NCBI GenBank assembly: GCA_951406725.2
Contig: OX597831.1
Location: 56,482,001-56,546,000 of the forward strand
DNA from: Octopus vulgaris
Taxonomy: Eukaryota
Length of the DNA stretch: 64,000 nt
Direction: 5' to 3'
Shown: positions 48,709-62,100 of the stretch, piece by piece
Layout of the letters: every line of letters begins with the position of its first letter
Numbering within the stretch: the stretch's first letter is position 1
Position numbers and translations under genes: made by a program
Notes under the pieces: generated by a model
What the model was told of the DNA's origin: nothing
Seen by the model: the letters and a program-made list of their open reading frames with translations, nothing else
Databases searched by the model: none

Positions 48709-51700
48709 CTATAAAAACATATCAAAAAGCAAAAAAAAGGGTAAAAATTGATAAGAAACAATTGAAAACAGGGAAAGAGGGAATAAATTAAAATTATAAG
48801 AAAATAGCTGGAAATGATCTGTATAACAAAGAGTGAAGTATTTGCTGTTCATAATTAATCTTAACTTAATTATTACACTAAGAGCAAAAGGTAGAGTTTA
48901 TATATATAGAGAAAGAAAAAAATAAGCTGGTGTGTTGAATGCAGCAAAATCTGCCTTTGAAGGGGATTGGAAAAAAAAAGGAAGATGATTTAATAACAAC
49001 ATGATAAATCTTAGTTATTGTACTTGTAAACCTAGAGTTTTAATTATACAAAGCTTTCTCTGAATTTAAAAATATTTTTACACAACATATTTCAGATTTT
49101 CAAATAGCAACACAGATCACAATAAATGAATAAACTTATATTTGTTTGTTTGCAATATGGTACAGCAAAATTTAGGACAAATTATTATTTTTTTTTAGCT
49201 GTTTGTCTGTGAGCCAGATGTATCAAGTTGGTGGTTTAATATTTGTCAGTTAGTCACAGTGCCTTGTTCTGGAGGCTTGTGTGCATGTGTAGTAGCAGTA
49301 CCATCCCCAGATTTGTAGAGAGCTGAAGATTCTTTTTATCATAGAAGATGAAGGCTAGTCTTCAGGACAATTGTTCAGCTGTGTTATGCATGTAGGGTGA
49401 TTAGGAAAGATAATCAAAGACTAACATTTATAGAAACTGGAATGGCAGATATGATGACAGATTAACTGTAACATTGGCAAAAATTCAGTTACTTTTCAAT
49501 TATAGACTAGTGACATTGAAAGCAATTAATAAAAAAATATATCTCTTTCTACCCTCCCTTTCTCTCTCTGTGAGGCACACACACACACCCACACACACAC
49601 ACATGAGTAGGGCGAAAGGTTGAAAAATTACTATGGAAAACAGGTTGAATGAAGAGTATATTAGATATTTATGCACTGTGAAAAGTGACAGAGCAGAGTC
49701 AAGTAGGCTTTATGCATTGAAAATTAGAGTCAACAGCTAGCATGGAATTAAAAACAATATTTGTGGTTTTTTCCTCACATTTGTGAAAGCAAACATGATA
49801 CAAAACATAAACTGGTTGGTTTTTCAAGAATGTGTTATTGCATAAAGGATTTATTCTTAAACCAGTTGTCAAAGATTTACAGGGGTTGTTTTTCCATTTG
49901 CTTTAATACAAATATCAAATTTACAATGAATAAGTTATAATAAAAAATATATGATGACTGAAAACAAAAAGTGTATATGGTGATCGTGTTAAGGCTTCTA
50001 TGCTATGACATGAATACGAAAAAAAAAAAAAATTGTGCATAGTCGATACATAGATCACAGATGTTAACATGCAGACATGTGACTTTCAACAAGGTTTTAG
50101 CATGAATGAATAATAACTGAAAATCAAAATTAGGAGATGTATTTTATAAATAAAGAATATAGAAAAATGACTGAAAAAAATTATACAGATGATTCCGAAA
50201 ATTAACTAAATATACATGACTTTTTTTTAAAATTCAAACCAAAGAAAAAAAAAAAGGTAAAATAAAACTGGTACCTAAGAAATTCCAAAATTCAACAAAA
50301 TATCCAGGACCTCAAAAAATACTAAGATGAAATGAATATGACACAGAGACAGCCTGAGACAAAGAACAAGCATTTACAGGGTAAAAGTGATCCAAACAAG
50401 ACAGACTCAAACTTAAAAAAAGAGACGGGGGGGAAAAAACCCCTCTTGTTTTGATGAAGAATCTAATAATTACATCTGTTTATCTTTTACTTGTTTCAAT
50501 TAGTGGACTGTGGCCATGCTGGGTCACTTTTTTGAAGTGGTATTTATTAGAACTTATTCTGTCAATCTCTTTGCTGAACCACTAAATTAGGTAGGGGGGG
50601 GATGTAAACAAACCAGCACCATTTGTCGAATGATGGTGGGGAACTAATACAAAGACATACGTATATGTATAAATAAATACATATATAGGATGGGTTTCCA
50701 CACAGTTTCCATCTATCAGATTCATTCTCAAGGAATTGGTCAGTAGGCAGCTATAGCAGCTATGGTACTTTGCAGTGGGACTGAACCCAAATCATGTGGA
50801 TGAAAAGTTTCTTAACCACATGACAATACCTGTGCCAATAGATATAAAGTCAATGACAAAGTAGACATCCCACCCACTCTCTTAATGGAGGATTCACAGA
50901 ATGAATTAAAAACAAAACAAAACAATACTCATCTAACTAAACCAACATTAGTAATTTAATAAACTAATATAGAATTATCTTTTGTGTTTTACTCGTTTTA
51001 GACATTAGACTGCAGCCATACTGAGGTACCTCCTTGAAGAATTTCAGTTGAACAGTTGACCCCAGAACTTATTTTTTTAAAGCCTGGTACTTTTTCTATC
51101 AATCACTTTTACTGAACTGCTAAGTTACAGGGATATAAATACACTAACACCAGTAGTGTTAGTAGTAGTGAGGGACAAACACAGACACAGAGATAGACAA
51201 ACAGAAACACACAGTCACACACATACAACAGGCTTCTTTCAGTTTCTGTCTACTAAATCCACTCACGAGGCTTTGGTCACCCCAAGGCTAGAGTAGAAGA
51301 CGCTTGCCCAAGGTGACATGCAGTGGGATTGAATTCAGAACCATGTGGTTGGAAAGCAAACTTCTTATCATACAGCCACACCTGTGCTTATATTTGGGAA
51401 CCATATTTTTTTAATTATCATATAAAAGTACCCAACAATAATTCATATGCTTTTTAAACTGCAATGTAATGTAACACAGAAGTACTAACATTTCATTATA
51501 GTTTTCCCATTTGCTTTTCTTTGATGACATGGACTCAACAGGTCTGTAATACTCAATCATTCCATATATCTTGATCTTTTATTATCGCATCTATGAAACA
51601 TTGTTCTCGTGACTGAATAAGACCGTGTCTTAAACTCAGTAAGTCCATGTAAACATTTTGAGAGTTCAAGAATTTCCTGTGTGTGAATTTGCTTTGAGTG

Positions 51701-52610
51701 GATAGAGTGTTTCGCAGCATTGAATTCACTTTTTAGTGTAATCAACTATAAAAAAAAAATGGCACAACAAAAGTTGAAATGACCAGAAACTAACTGCACT
51801 TCAGATTTTTTTTATACAAGTTTACTTTCTCCTAGAAGGAAGTTCTAATGAGAACTAGGAGTCTTTCACTCCCAGTGGTTCCCTCATTATTTAACCCATA
51901 GCTAAGACCTTAACAGATGCTATAACTCTGGGTCAGAGTACACATGATAAAAATAGAGGTTAAGAGGTGGTTCCACACTCCCAAAATATATACATGCATA
52001 TATATGCATGCATGCTTACATATATACATTACATACATAGTTGTTACTCTGTCTAAAAACATTACATATGTATTATAATTTATGTGCTGAAAATATGATA
52101 GGGATTAGGAAAAGAGCCCGGTGAAAAAAAATCACCAAAACAAACTGAATAAGCCAGACATTCTTAAGAGTTTCATAAAAATTTAATGAGAGAATAATTA
52201 TGTTATCAACCAATTAATTTAGTATCTATTATAGCAGTTATAGAAAGTTGGCAACACCTTGCAAGATATTTGATTTGAATCTATATTAACAAGCATTACA
52301 TATTTTTGTTCAACAGCTGAATGATCTACTTAGGCTGATTCAACTGTGACATGGAAATATTATGTTAAGTAGATCCAGTATAATTACAAAAGGATGTAAG
52401 TAGAAATCTGTGAAAAGTTATCGTTTACTGTCACGTATCATAACCATCTACTAAGCATGGCATTTTTCTAACACATTTCTAATATTCATTAGGTAAGAAT
52501 TATAGCTGACAAAATTTAATACAACCCAGCCAAAAAATCAGAAGGCCAACAATCTATAACAACTCACTAGTGCTGGTTCTACTATGTTAAAATACTTAGA
52601 TTTTAATGAC

Positions 52611-52849
52611 TTAACCCTTTAGTGTTTAAACTGGCCATATCTGGCTCAAATATTCTACATGTTTTATATTCAAACTGGTGATATCTAGCCTTACACACCT
52701 ACCCTACATTGACACTCTAAAAATAAACAATCACAACATTGAAACCTCAAAAGCTATAAGATAATGCATGATTAATTCAAGTTGATAATGATGAATTTGA
52801 ATGAAGAAGTATTACATTTAACAGAATAATTTAAACACTAAAGGGTTAA
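52611..52849. mobile_element. TTAA MITE (opposite orientation); another copy at about 53426-53644
   Basis: Perfect 20-bp inverted ends TTAACCCTTTAGTGTTTAAA / TTTAAACACTAAAGGGTTAA. Confidence 0.88.
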
Positions 52850-53845
52850 ACCAATCCATTATGAGAGAGAGAGAGGAGGGAGGGAGGGACAGAGAGAGAG
52901 ATGAGGTAAGAGAGGGAAGGAAGGTGGGATTAGGTCATCATTATAAGCAGCAATGACAAGTTGTTTTCAGACTTGTAGCTCTGATGTCAAATCCTCCCAA
53001 GATCCAGAAGAAAAAGGAGAGAGAAGAAAGAAAGAAAGAAAAGAAAAAAAAAAAGATAACTATTTCAGTGTATTTAATCATGAATCACTAATGAAGCTAA
53101 AAACCCTTAGTTGTACCCAACTCACATTCAACTAATGGGTTCCTCCTCTCAAAACTCCAGTAGGTTGTGTGTTTTTTTTTTGTTTTTTAGAGAGTTGGGA
53201 GTGGATGCTGTCAGATATTTCAGATCCCCTCCGTGGCCCTTCAGCCCTGGATTGATGTATTGGCTGACCCCAACTTTCATCCTTTATAGAGTTTAGCTAC
53301 AGAGCATTACTTTATTCATTAGATAGGTCACTTCTCATTGCAGATATATATCTTAGAATGATTATAAATGCCACAACTACAGTAGAGGTTTCACAGTGAT
53401 ACTAGGCCTAGTTCAACTTCAACCTTTAACACTTATACTGACCATATCTGGCCAAAGTACTCTGCCTCTTTTCTGTTTGAACTGGCCAGATCCAATATCT
53501 CACACTTACTCTAAAATGTCATTCTAAAAATAAACAATTACATCATTGAAATCTTAAGCCATGAAATAATGCATAATTAATTTAAAACAATGTGAATAAA
53601 TAAACCATACATTTGACAGAGTAGTCTGAATGTTAAAGAATTAACCTATGTGTTGACCCATATGAACGCTTTTATAAAGGCAGTCTCAGATGAGTTGGTA
53701 TGAAAAGGGTCAATTAAATTGATTTTGTATAGTATAGCTATTTGTACTAATTGATATAATTAAACAATTTTCATTTACTTTCATATATCTGCAGCCACAA
53801 GGTACAGAAAATGCTAATGAGTGTGACAATATACTTATTTGTGAA

Positions 53846-54348
53846 AGGCGGTGAGCTGGCAGAAATGTTAGCATGCTGGGTGAAATGCTTAGCGGTATTT
53901 CGTCTGCCGTTACGTTTTGAGTTCAGGCAGAAATGTTAGCATGCTGGGTGAAATGCTTAGCGGTATTTCGTCTGCCGTTACGTTTTGAGTTCAAATTCGG
54001 CTGAGGTCGACTTTGCCTTTCATCCTTTCGGGGTCGATAAATTAAGTACCAGTTATGCACTGGGGTTGATGTAATCGACTTAATCCCCTTGTCTGTCCTT
54101 GTTTGTTCCCCCTATGTTTAGCCTCTTGTGGGCAATAAAGAAATAAGAAATAAGAAATGTTAGCATGCCGGGCAAAATGCTTAGCGGTATTTCGTCTGTC
54201 TTTACATTCTGAGTTCAAACACCGCTGAGGTCGACTTTGCCTTTCACCCTTTCGGAGTCGATAAATTAAGTACCAGTTACGTACTGGGGTCGATCTAATT
54301 GATCGCCCCCTCCCCCCAAAATTTAAAGCTTTGTGCCTACAGTAGAAG
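53846..54348 (+). mobile_element. Dimeric family A SINE with an internal 68-bp duplication
   Basis: Two monomers inside one 18-bp TSD AATATAYTTATTTGTGAA (53828-53845 / 54349-54366). Confidence 0.85.
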
Positions 54349-54430
54349 AATATATTTATTTGTGAAGATTTAACAATGTCTAAAAGAATATGTCATGATA
54401 CATTGAATTTTGTAATAAATTTTTTTTAGT

Positions 54431-54670
54431 ATTCTTTTACTCTTTTACTCGTTTCAGTCATTTGACTGTGGTCATGCTGGAGCACCGCCTTTAGCCGAGT
54501 AAATCGACCCCCCAGAACTTATTCTTTGGAAGCCTAGTACTTATTCTATCGGTCTCTTTTGCCGAACCGCTAAGTTATGGGGATGTAAACATACCAGCAT
54601 CGGTTGTCAAGTGATGTTGGGGGGACAAACACAGATACACAAACATATACACACACACACATACATACAT

Positions 54671-54703
<33 letters not shown>

Positions 54704-54864
54704 TACAGGCTTCTTTCAGTTTCCATCTACCAAATCCACTCACAAGACTTTGGTTGGCCCGAGGCTATAGTAGAAGACACTTGCCCAAGGTGCCATGTAG
54801 TGGGACTGAACCCAGAACCATGTGGTTCGTAAGCAAGTTACTTATCACACAGCCGCTCCTATGC
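54431..54864 (-). mobile_element. tRNA-derived SINE, family B
   Basis: Full-length homolog of 11322-11725. Confidence 0.9.
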
Positions 54865-57800
54865 CTATTCTATTGATGCTAACGACATTTATTAATGGAC
54901 TTATGAGGTACAAGTATGGCTCTGTGGTGACTAACTTCATATCTATGGATTAGTTTTAAGTTCTAACACACTGTGTGGCATTATGGGAAGTGTCTTCTAT
55001 AATAGTTTTAGACCAATGTCTTGTGATGAAATTAGGTAAACGGAAACAGTATGGAAGCCAACCATTCATATGTAGTTAAAATTGAATAATTGAACATTAA
55101 AAATAACAATAACAAAACAAGAGGATGTGCACATGGAATGTATAAGTTTGACGCTCGGTAAAGGTGGAAAAAAAGAGAAGGATTTTAATGCTTTGAGCAT
55201 AGCTCTTCATCAGAAAGGAAAATGGAAAAGCACAGAGAAGGAAAAATATCATCAACAGCACACATGTGTGTTTATTTCACATGTCTTTACTGTGACATTA
55301 ATTGAGCAACAATTTATTTCTCCCCTAAACAATATGCCTAGAAGCTCAGCAGCTGATCTTTCACTTGTTTCAGGTATTGAGGCACTGCCTTGAAGGGTTT
55401 AGTTGCACAGATAGTTCCCAGTACTTGTTTTTTTTTAAAGCATGGTACTTATTCTACCAGTCTCTTTTAGCTGAACTGCTAAGTTATGGGGATGTAAACA
55501 GACTAACACCAGTTACCAAGGAATTGTAGGGGACAAACACAAAGAAACACACACACATACACAATAGGTTTCTCTCTGTTTCCTTTTACCAAATCCACTC
55601 ACAAGGTCTGGGGCTATAGTAGAAAACACTTGCTGAAGGTACCATATAGTGGGACTGAACCTGGAACTTCTTACCACACAGTTATGTTGATTTTGTGTGA
55701 ATAACATGGCAATAAAAATATCTTACTTAACAAAACAAGTAATAAGTGGCACCAGGAAAGGTATCTGACTACAGAATAAGGCCTCAATAAGTCTTGACCA
55801 ACCAATGTCAGCACAGAAAAGCAGATGCGATGAAGATGATGCTAATTTATACTCACAAAAGTACTATCTGGTAATTATCAAGTGAATGAGAAGATAAACA
55901 TAATTATCACCACTGAATTCATAACCACAGGATTATGAGTTCCAATCTAACTACGATTACTGTACTGTGTACCTCTGAACCAGGTTCATAAACCCTACTT
56001 ATCTTGGTTTGCTCAACTGAAAGCAAGTTCTGCTCTTTACAACTGAATGATCATCAGTAGGAAGAGTGTTCAACTAGAAAAAACAAATGCTTAAAAAATA
56101 AAACGGGCAAATACCAAGTAAACAAACTTGTATTTTATTTTTAAAAAAAAGGGGGAAAACACAGCTAACAGGCAAAACACAAACAAAAATAATCTGATAA
56201 TCTGGTAGCTAAATATTTTCTTGAGAGATGTAATTAAAATTATGATAGCATGAAGATATATTTGGAAATTTGGTGATAACAAGCAAAGGAAATTTCTGTT
56301 TTGGCTGAATGTTATTAGAAATTTATTTTCCTGGACTCCATAGTTTTTTTCAGATAGTTAATTTCATTTAGTTTTATACTTTATTTCAGGTCCTATTTTT
56401 CCATAGGTAATCAAATACCAGATGAACATAAATGCTAATACTACAGTTTTAGATGTTCTAGCAATTGGTATCTCTATGTTAGGTAATTAAACTGGTTAGT
56501 ACATAGTTTTATTTTGCTTGATCCAGGTAGAGAGCAGACATGATATAACTCACAGAAGACCACATTTTCAATAAATGTTTTCTTTTATTAGATTACATAA
56601 ATGTATGTATGTCAGCACATGTATGCATGAACACATATATATGGGTATTCATGGTATTCATATATTAGACAAAACATAGCTGAATGACAGAATGTCATCT
56701 CAAAATATCTTGGGCACAATCCCAAAGTATTGCACCATGGATTACCCCTATAATCTAAAGATCCAATCTTGTCCCATACTATCAGGACATGTTATCTTTT
56801 ACGAAAGGAATTTTTTCAATATATATTTTCAGTAGGATGGTTTCTAAGATATATCAAAGCTAACTGGTTCAATATGGTTGACTCAATTGAATTTAAAGTT
56901 AAATAAATACTGGTTTCAAATTTTGGCACAAGGCCAGCAATTTTAGGGGAGGAATAAATTGATGATATCGACCCCAAGCCACAACTGATACATATTTTAT
57001 GGACCCTGAAAGGATGAAAAGCAAGTCAACCTCAGTGGAATTTGAATTCAAAACATTAAGACGGATGAGATACCACAAAGTATTTTGCCCTGCATGCTAA
57101 TGATTCCATCAGCTTGCTGCCTTTAGAGTTAAATAAACATTGAAAATGATTCATACACAGTTCATGAAGTTCTATATTTTATATACATCATATTTTCTTT
57201 TTGAACTTCATAAATAAGAATCACTTAAGATTACTTGAATTCTAAAGAGTAAAACTGTAACAACTTCTAGTTTTATCAAAAATTTCTTATTGCTAAATAC
57301 ATATCCAAAAAAGGGAGGAAAAAAAAAAAAAGAAACCCAATTTTTCTCTAGTTTTCAAATAAATATGAAAGTCATACTTTTCAAACACCTTTCAAATAGA
57401 TATTTTCTCTTATTAGAATTAGCAATCAGTAAATTATAGTAAGTCATCCAAATCTTCATGTAACAATCAGATGATATAAAGTGCTCGGTAAGCAAAGCAA
57501 GTTTCTCTTGTTATGGAAGTAAGCTTCTAGAGTAACAGAGTGTGATATCACAATATCTAGGCAAGTTCATTTATTTAAGTATAATTTTCTTTCATTGGCT
57601 TCTAACATAGTGACAAGGCCACAGATTTGGAGAAATTATATTTCACCTTAATGTTTGACTGCTTATATTATCAACCTCAGATTTAAACTCAGAATGTAAA
57701 AAGGAAGTAACTAAATACCCCAAAGGATCTTGTTCATCATGACCCATTCTGCCCACTCACTACCTTTTTCTTTAACTTAAAAGTTGACAAGTTCCAAAAA

Positions 57801-58308
57801 TGATTACGCTTGATCATTTCCCCCATTAACTGCACATTTTCTAATAATGCAAACAAAGAACATTAAACATATTTAATTCAAACCCAGACAATAAATCAGG
57901 GAACACTAAATTTTATAATTAAAATAAAACTTACCTAAGAGATCTGAAATTTAAATTTAATTAAAAAAAAATCCTGAATTGAAATAAATTTTATTCTTGA
58001 CAACACAAGTACATTTGGTAAGAACTGTATGCAATACCTTCAGTTATATCAACTATTGAAGTCAATAGATGATTTTTTCCCCACCTCTTTTTAGTTAAAA
58101 TATATGAATAAGTTAAAAAACAAAAAATACTTATTCATAAAATTTAAAATAAAAAAAAACTATTCACTGATATCTTTGAAAAACCAGAAGTTAAAATTGG
58201 AGTTGAAGATAAAATTGTGTGCATATTGATACACACACATATGCATATATAATTTCTTATTAGTGGAATCAACAAAAAAAAAAAGGTACTCTATTCAGTG
58301 AGAGATAA

Positions 58309-59193
58309 ATATCATTTAATATATACAGTATTTAAATTTGAGCTACTATTATTTTCATGCTGTGAAAACAGTAAACTGACAAGTTTTTATGGCATGGCTT
58401 ATGTTTCTAAGCAATCTTATACAATCCTTTGTGAGCTACTCTCCGGCTATCTATCTGCAGCTTTATATAGCTATGGTGCGACCTCACCTGGAATTTGCAT
58501 CACCAGTCTGGAACCCCTATCTTGCCCAGGATATTAATCGTCTGGAAGCCGTTCAGCGACGTGCAACCAAGAGAATACCCTTCATCAGGCATTTGCCATA
58601 TTCTGAACGCCTTATTTCCCTGGGCATGGATACATTGAAACTCCGACTTCTGGCAGCTGACTTGGTAGACACCAATAAAATTATTAACCATCTTACAAAT
58701 AATAACTCTGAGCACCTTTTCAAACTCCATCTGTCTAACACTTGTGGACGTGTTTACCAAGTCAGAAAACAGCACAGCTCCCATGACTTTCGGGAACATT
58801 TTTTCACGCTAAGAGTTGCTGAAGCATGGAACAAACTGCCGGCATCAGTTGTTGGAGCACTGCATCCTTTAAAACTTCCAGGCTTCCTGAGATTTGCTAA
58901 CAGTACACCTGATTTTCTCCTCTCCATACACATGCAAGCATGTATCTGACTCATGCATTGTTCACTTTCCAGACATTTGTACATTACTGCATATTCATTA
59001 TATGCACTTTTGATAAGTTGTGGTGCACCTGAGCACTGTATACAATAATTTCATTATTATAATGTGCTTGGTTGTTTTTGAAAAATTATTTAGAAACACG
59101 AGTTATACTATACAAACCTGTCAATTTACTGTGTTTTCACAGCATGAAATTAATAGCATCTTAAATTTAAATACTGTTTATATTAAATAATAT
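58309..59193. repeat. Inverted repeat (about 110-bp arms) flanking the CR1 fragment
   Basis: 58309-58418 versus about 59080-59193 (ACAGTATTTAAATTT...TTTCATGCTGTGAAAACA). Confidence 0.85.
58420..59060 (+). mobile_element. CR1/L2-group LINE 3' fragment
   Basis: ORF 58389..58949 has LYIAMVRPHLEFASPVWNPY, LEAVQRRATK and FFTLRVAEAWNKLP; (ATT)n-like tail. Confidence 0.92.
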
Positions 59194-62100
59194 AAGAAAA
59201 GAAATGACGAAGGAATAGACGATTATCTTGAGAAATTCATTAGCTTACAGCTGTTTCCAGCATAGAATAATTCTTTATTCCTTTATAATTTCTTTTCTTA
59301 TAATCACTTTGTATTCAGCTAACATTCCATTCAGAGGCATATGCATATTGAATTCTACACACACACACACACACATACATACAGACACAATGATATCTAT
59401 ATAACCTAATTAAATATTTTATGAATATTTATAATAATATGAGAGATATATTACAACTTGATTCTCCTCTCATAAACAAGAGATGAATGTGACAATTTAT
59501 ACACAAACAAGTATAAATTTCACTTTAGAGAAGAATCCAGCAGATATTCATCAGAAACTAAGAGAAGTCCAATTTCATATTAGAGTGTTTCAAAAATAAA
59601 ATTACATGATTTGTTTTGGTATGACTAGTGATATTTTCATCTTATATAAACATTACTTCGAATAACAGTCAACATAAAATTAATACTAATCAAGAGGAAA
59701 CACTAATTCTCATTTATTTTAATACCTGACAAAATTAAACTAAGAATCCAGTATCAGAGAAATAACCTGGAGAAATGCCCATAATATACTTTGCAAGATG
59801 AGAAGGACAGTATCACAGTATCAGTGCAAATGACCAGAAAGGAAAGGAACCAATAAGTTCTATGCTAGAGACAAAGATTGTAAACAGAAAAATGAATTTA
59901 AAAAAAATCTCACAATCAAATATACTTAACAGAATCCTACTGAAACTATTATAGTATTCACAATGTTTCAGAATAGAACAAGAAATAAAAGACTAAATCC
60001 ACTGAGCTGGATCATTCCAAGACAATAATAGTAAAGTGGAGGAATCCTTTAATTGATTGAAAAACAGAAGTCTAGTGCAGTGAACATGTGTGAATGGATG
60101 ATAAAACAGTAAAAGTCTTCAAGATAATTTAATTATCAAAATAAAGTTAGACTATCAAATAAAACTTGAAAAAAAAAAGAAAAAAAAGGAAAAACATCAG
60201 GGAACATAAAAAAACTGTAAACCACAAAAATATGCCTCAGCTATGACCTGTAAAAGGTATTTAGCTTATCCTCAACAAAAACAAAAACTTATTAGGAAGA
60301 GAAATTTAGAGATACAGCAGGTTATAAAGGGATACATCTTATGACTTGCTAATAGCAGAAGCAGAACAAATATATAGTTGTTTAATTCTTAGATAATTTC
60401 TGGTCACAAGAAGGCAGAGAAAGAGCAACCGTCAGACAAATCTAATTTGTTATATAGTACATGAAAGCTAAGAGATAAAAATGTTTTATTATTAAAAATA
60501 GATAACAATTAAGTTAAGCTTGTTTTAACAACTCCAGCACGCAATCTAAATGTGAATATAGATGCCTAGGAACAAAACAAAAGAAATGAGTATTCAATTT
60601 TTTATCTTTGCATGTTTTACAAATTTTATTTTCTGCAATATTTGTATCTCCTATTTCAATTTGATAGGTGTTAATATATACATTTATTGATAAACAATCA
60701 TTAAAGACTGATTTGGCTTCCATACAGAACAAAAACAATCAGTAATTATTAAGAGATCTCAGTCATTTTATAAGTTCCTTAAAATCTTTAAAGATACATT
60801 TATGAAGGGAGTTATTGTTAGATTCTAATGAAGAAGTGAAAGGTAAGAGATTTACTCATTTCCTTTCATTCTGATCACTATGTTTGGTCTGTGCAGTCCT
60901 TAACTGAAGAGGATCTGCAATGAATGTAAGTGCATTTAGGTCAGGAAATGTGTAGCAAATCTCTTTGCATCACTGCATTTATCTTAAAAAGATCTTTTTA
61001 AGCAGAGGAGCTAGTGATTTTGAGCCCTTTTTTTTATTATATGCACCTTTACTGCATAAAACTGTATGCTGTTTCATTGAATTTTTTATAAAACCAATTT
61101 TCTTTATATTTTCTTAAATGAAATGAATAACCTAAATATTTACTAAGTTTCTTTTTAAGTACATTTAAAATGGTATTAATGATGGAAAGAACATGAAAAT
61201 TCCAATTGGTATATTTTAGAAACATTTTCTATCTATTTTTCTAAATCAGTATGAATTGAGTAAGTGGACAGATTCACATATTTATGTGAATTGTAGGCAC
61301 AAGTCTTATAGCTGGATGACTTTTCCAATACTGGTTAGTATAACCCATTAACATCTGAAGCAAAATTTAAACTTTTGACCACCCACTAAATTGGAATCCA
61401 CTTCAACACCCAATAAATCTATACTAAATCAAAATATTTTTTCCACATATAATCCAGCCAAAACAGTCAATATTCTTCACTTGTCTTCTGAAAGAAATTG
61501 TCGTTACATTTGAATAATGAGACAATATATTAAGACACACACATACGACATCTAAATTGTCTAAATAAAATTAAAAAAAAACAAAAAAGAAAGAGGCACG
61601 AGTGAAACCACTACCACAAATAGAAACAAGCTAACTACTAATCATGTCGAAAAAAAATATAATGCTCTAAGAGATCTGACGTGCTTACCTTTTCTACGAA
61701 AAACGAGGGGTCAATGGGACACTAAAATACATGAAATTTTGAGAGAGATTTCTTTTAGACTTTTAAAAACTGGAACTAATTTGAACAGATGAAAATAAAT
61801 AGATAAATAAAAGGGATTCTTGATGGGTGTCATACAGGAACTAAGTCTTGTGATTAAAAAAAAGTAGCAAAAGAGGGAAAGGGTATATCTTAATTTAGAA
61901 GGGGAAAGAAACTTTTTTTAAAGTTGTATACTAAATCTACAGAAAAAGGGTGAGAAATAACAGAAACAGAATCTGAAGGGAACAAAATGAGTAAACTGTA
62001 GAAAACTTAAACAGAACTGAAATCCCAAATCAGTTTGGGGTGCAGAAACTAACAGAAGAAAATCTAACACAATAAAGAAAATAAATATCCAGTTTTGTTT

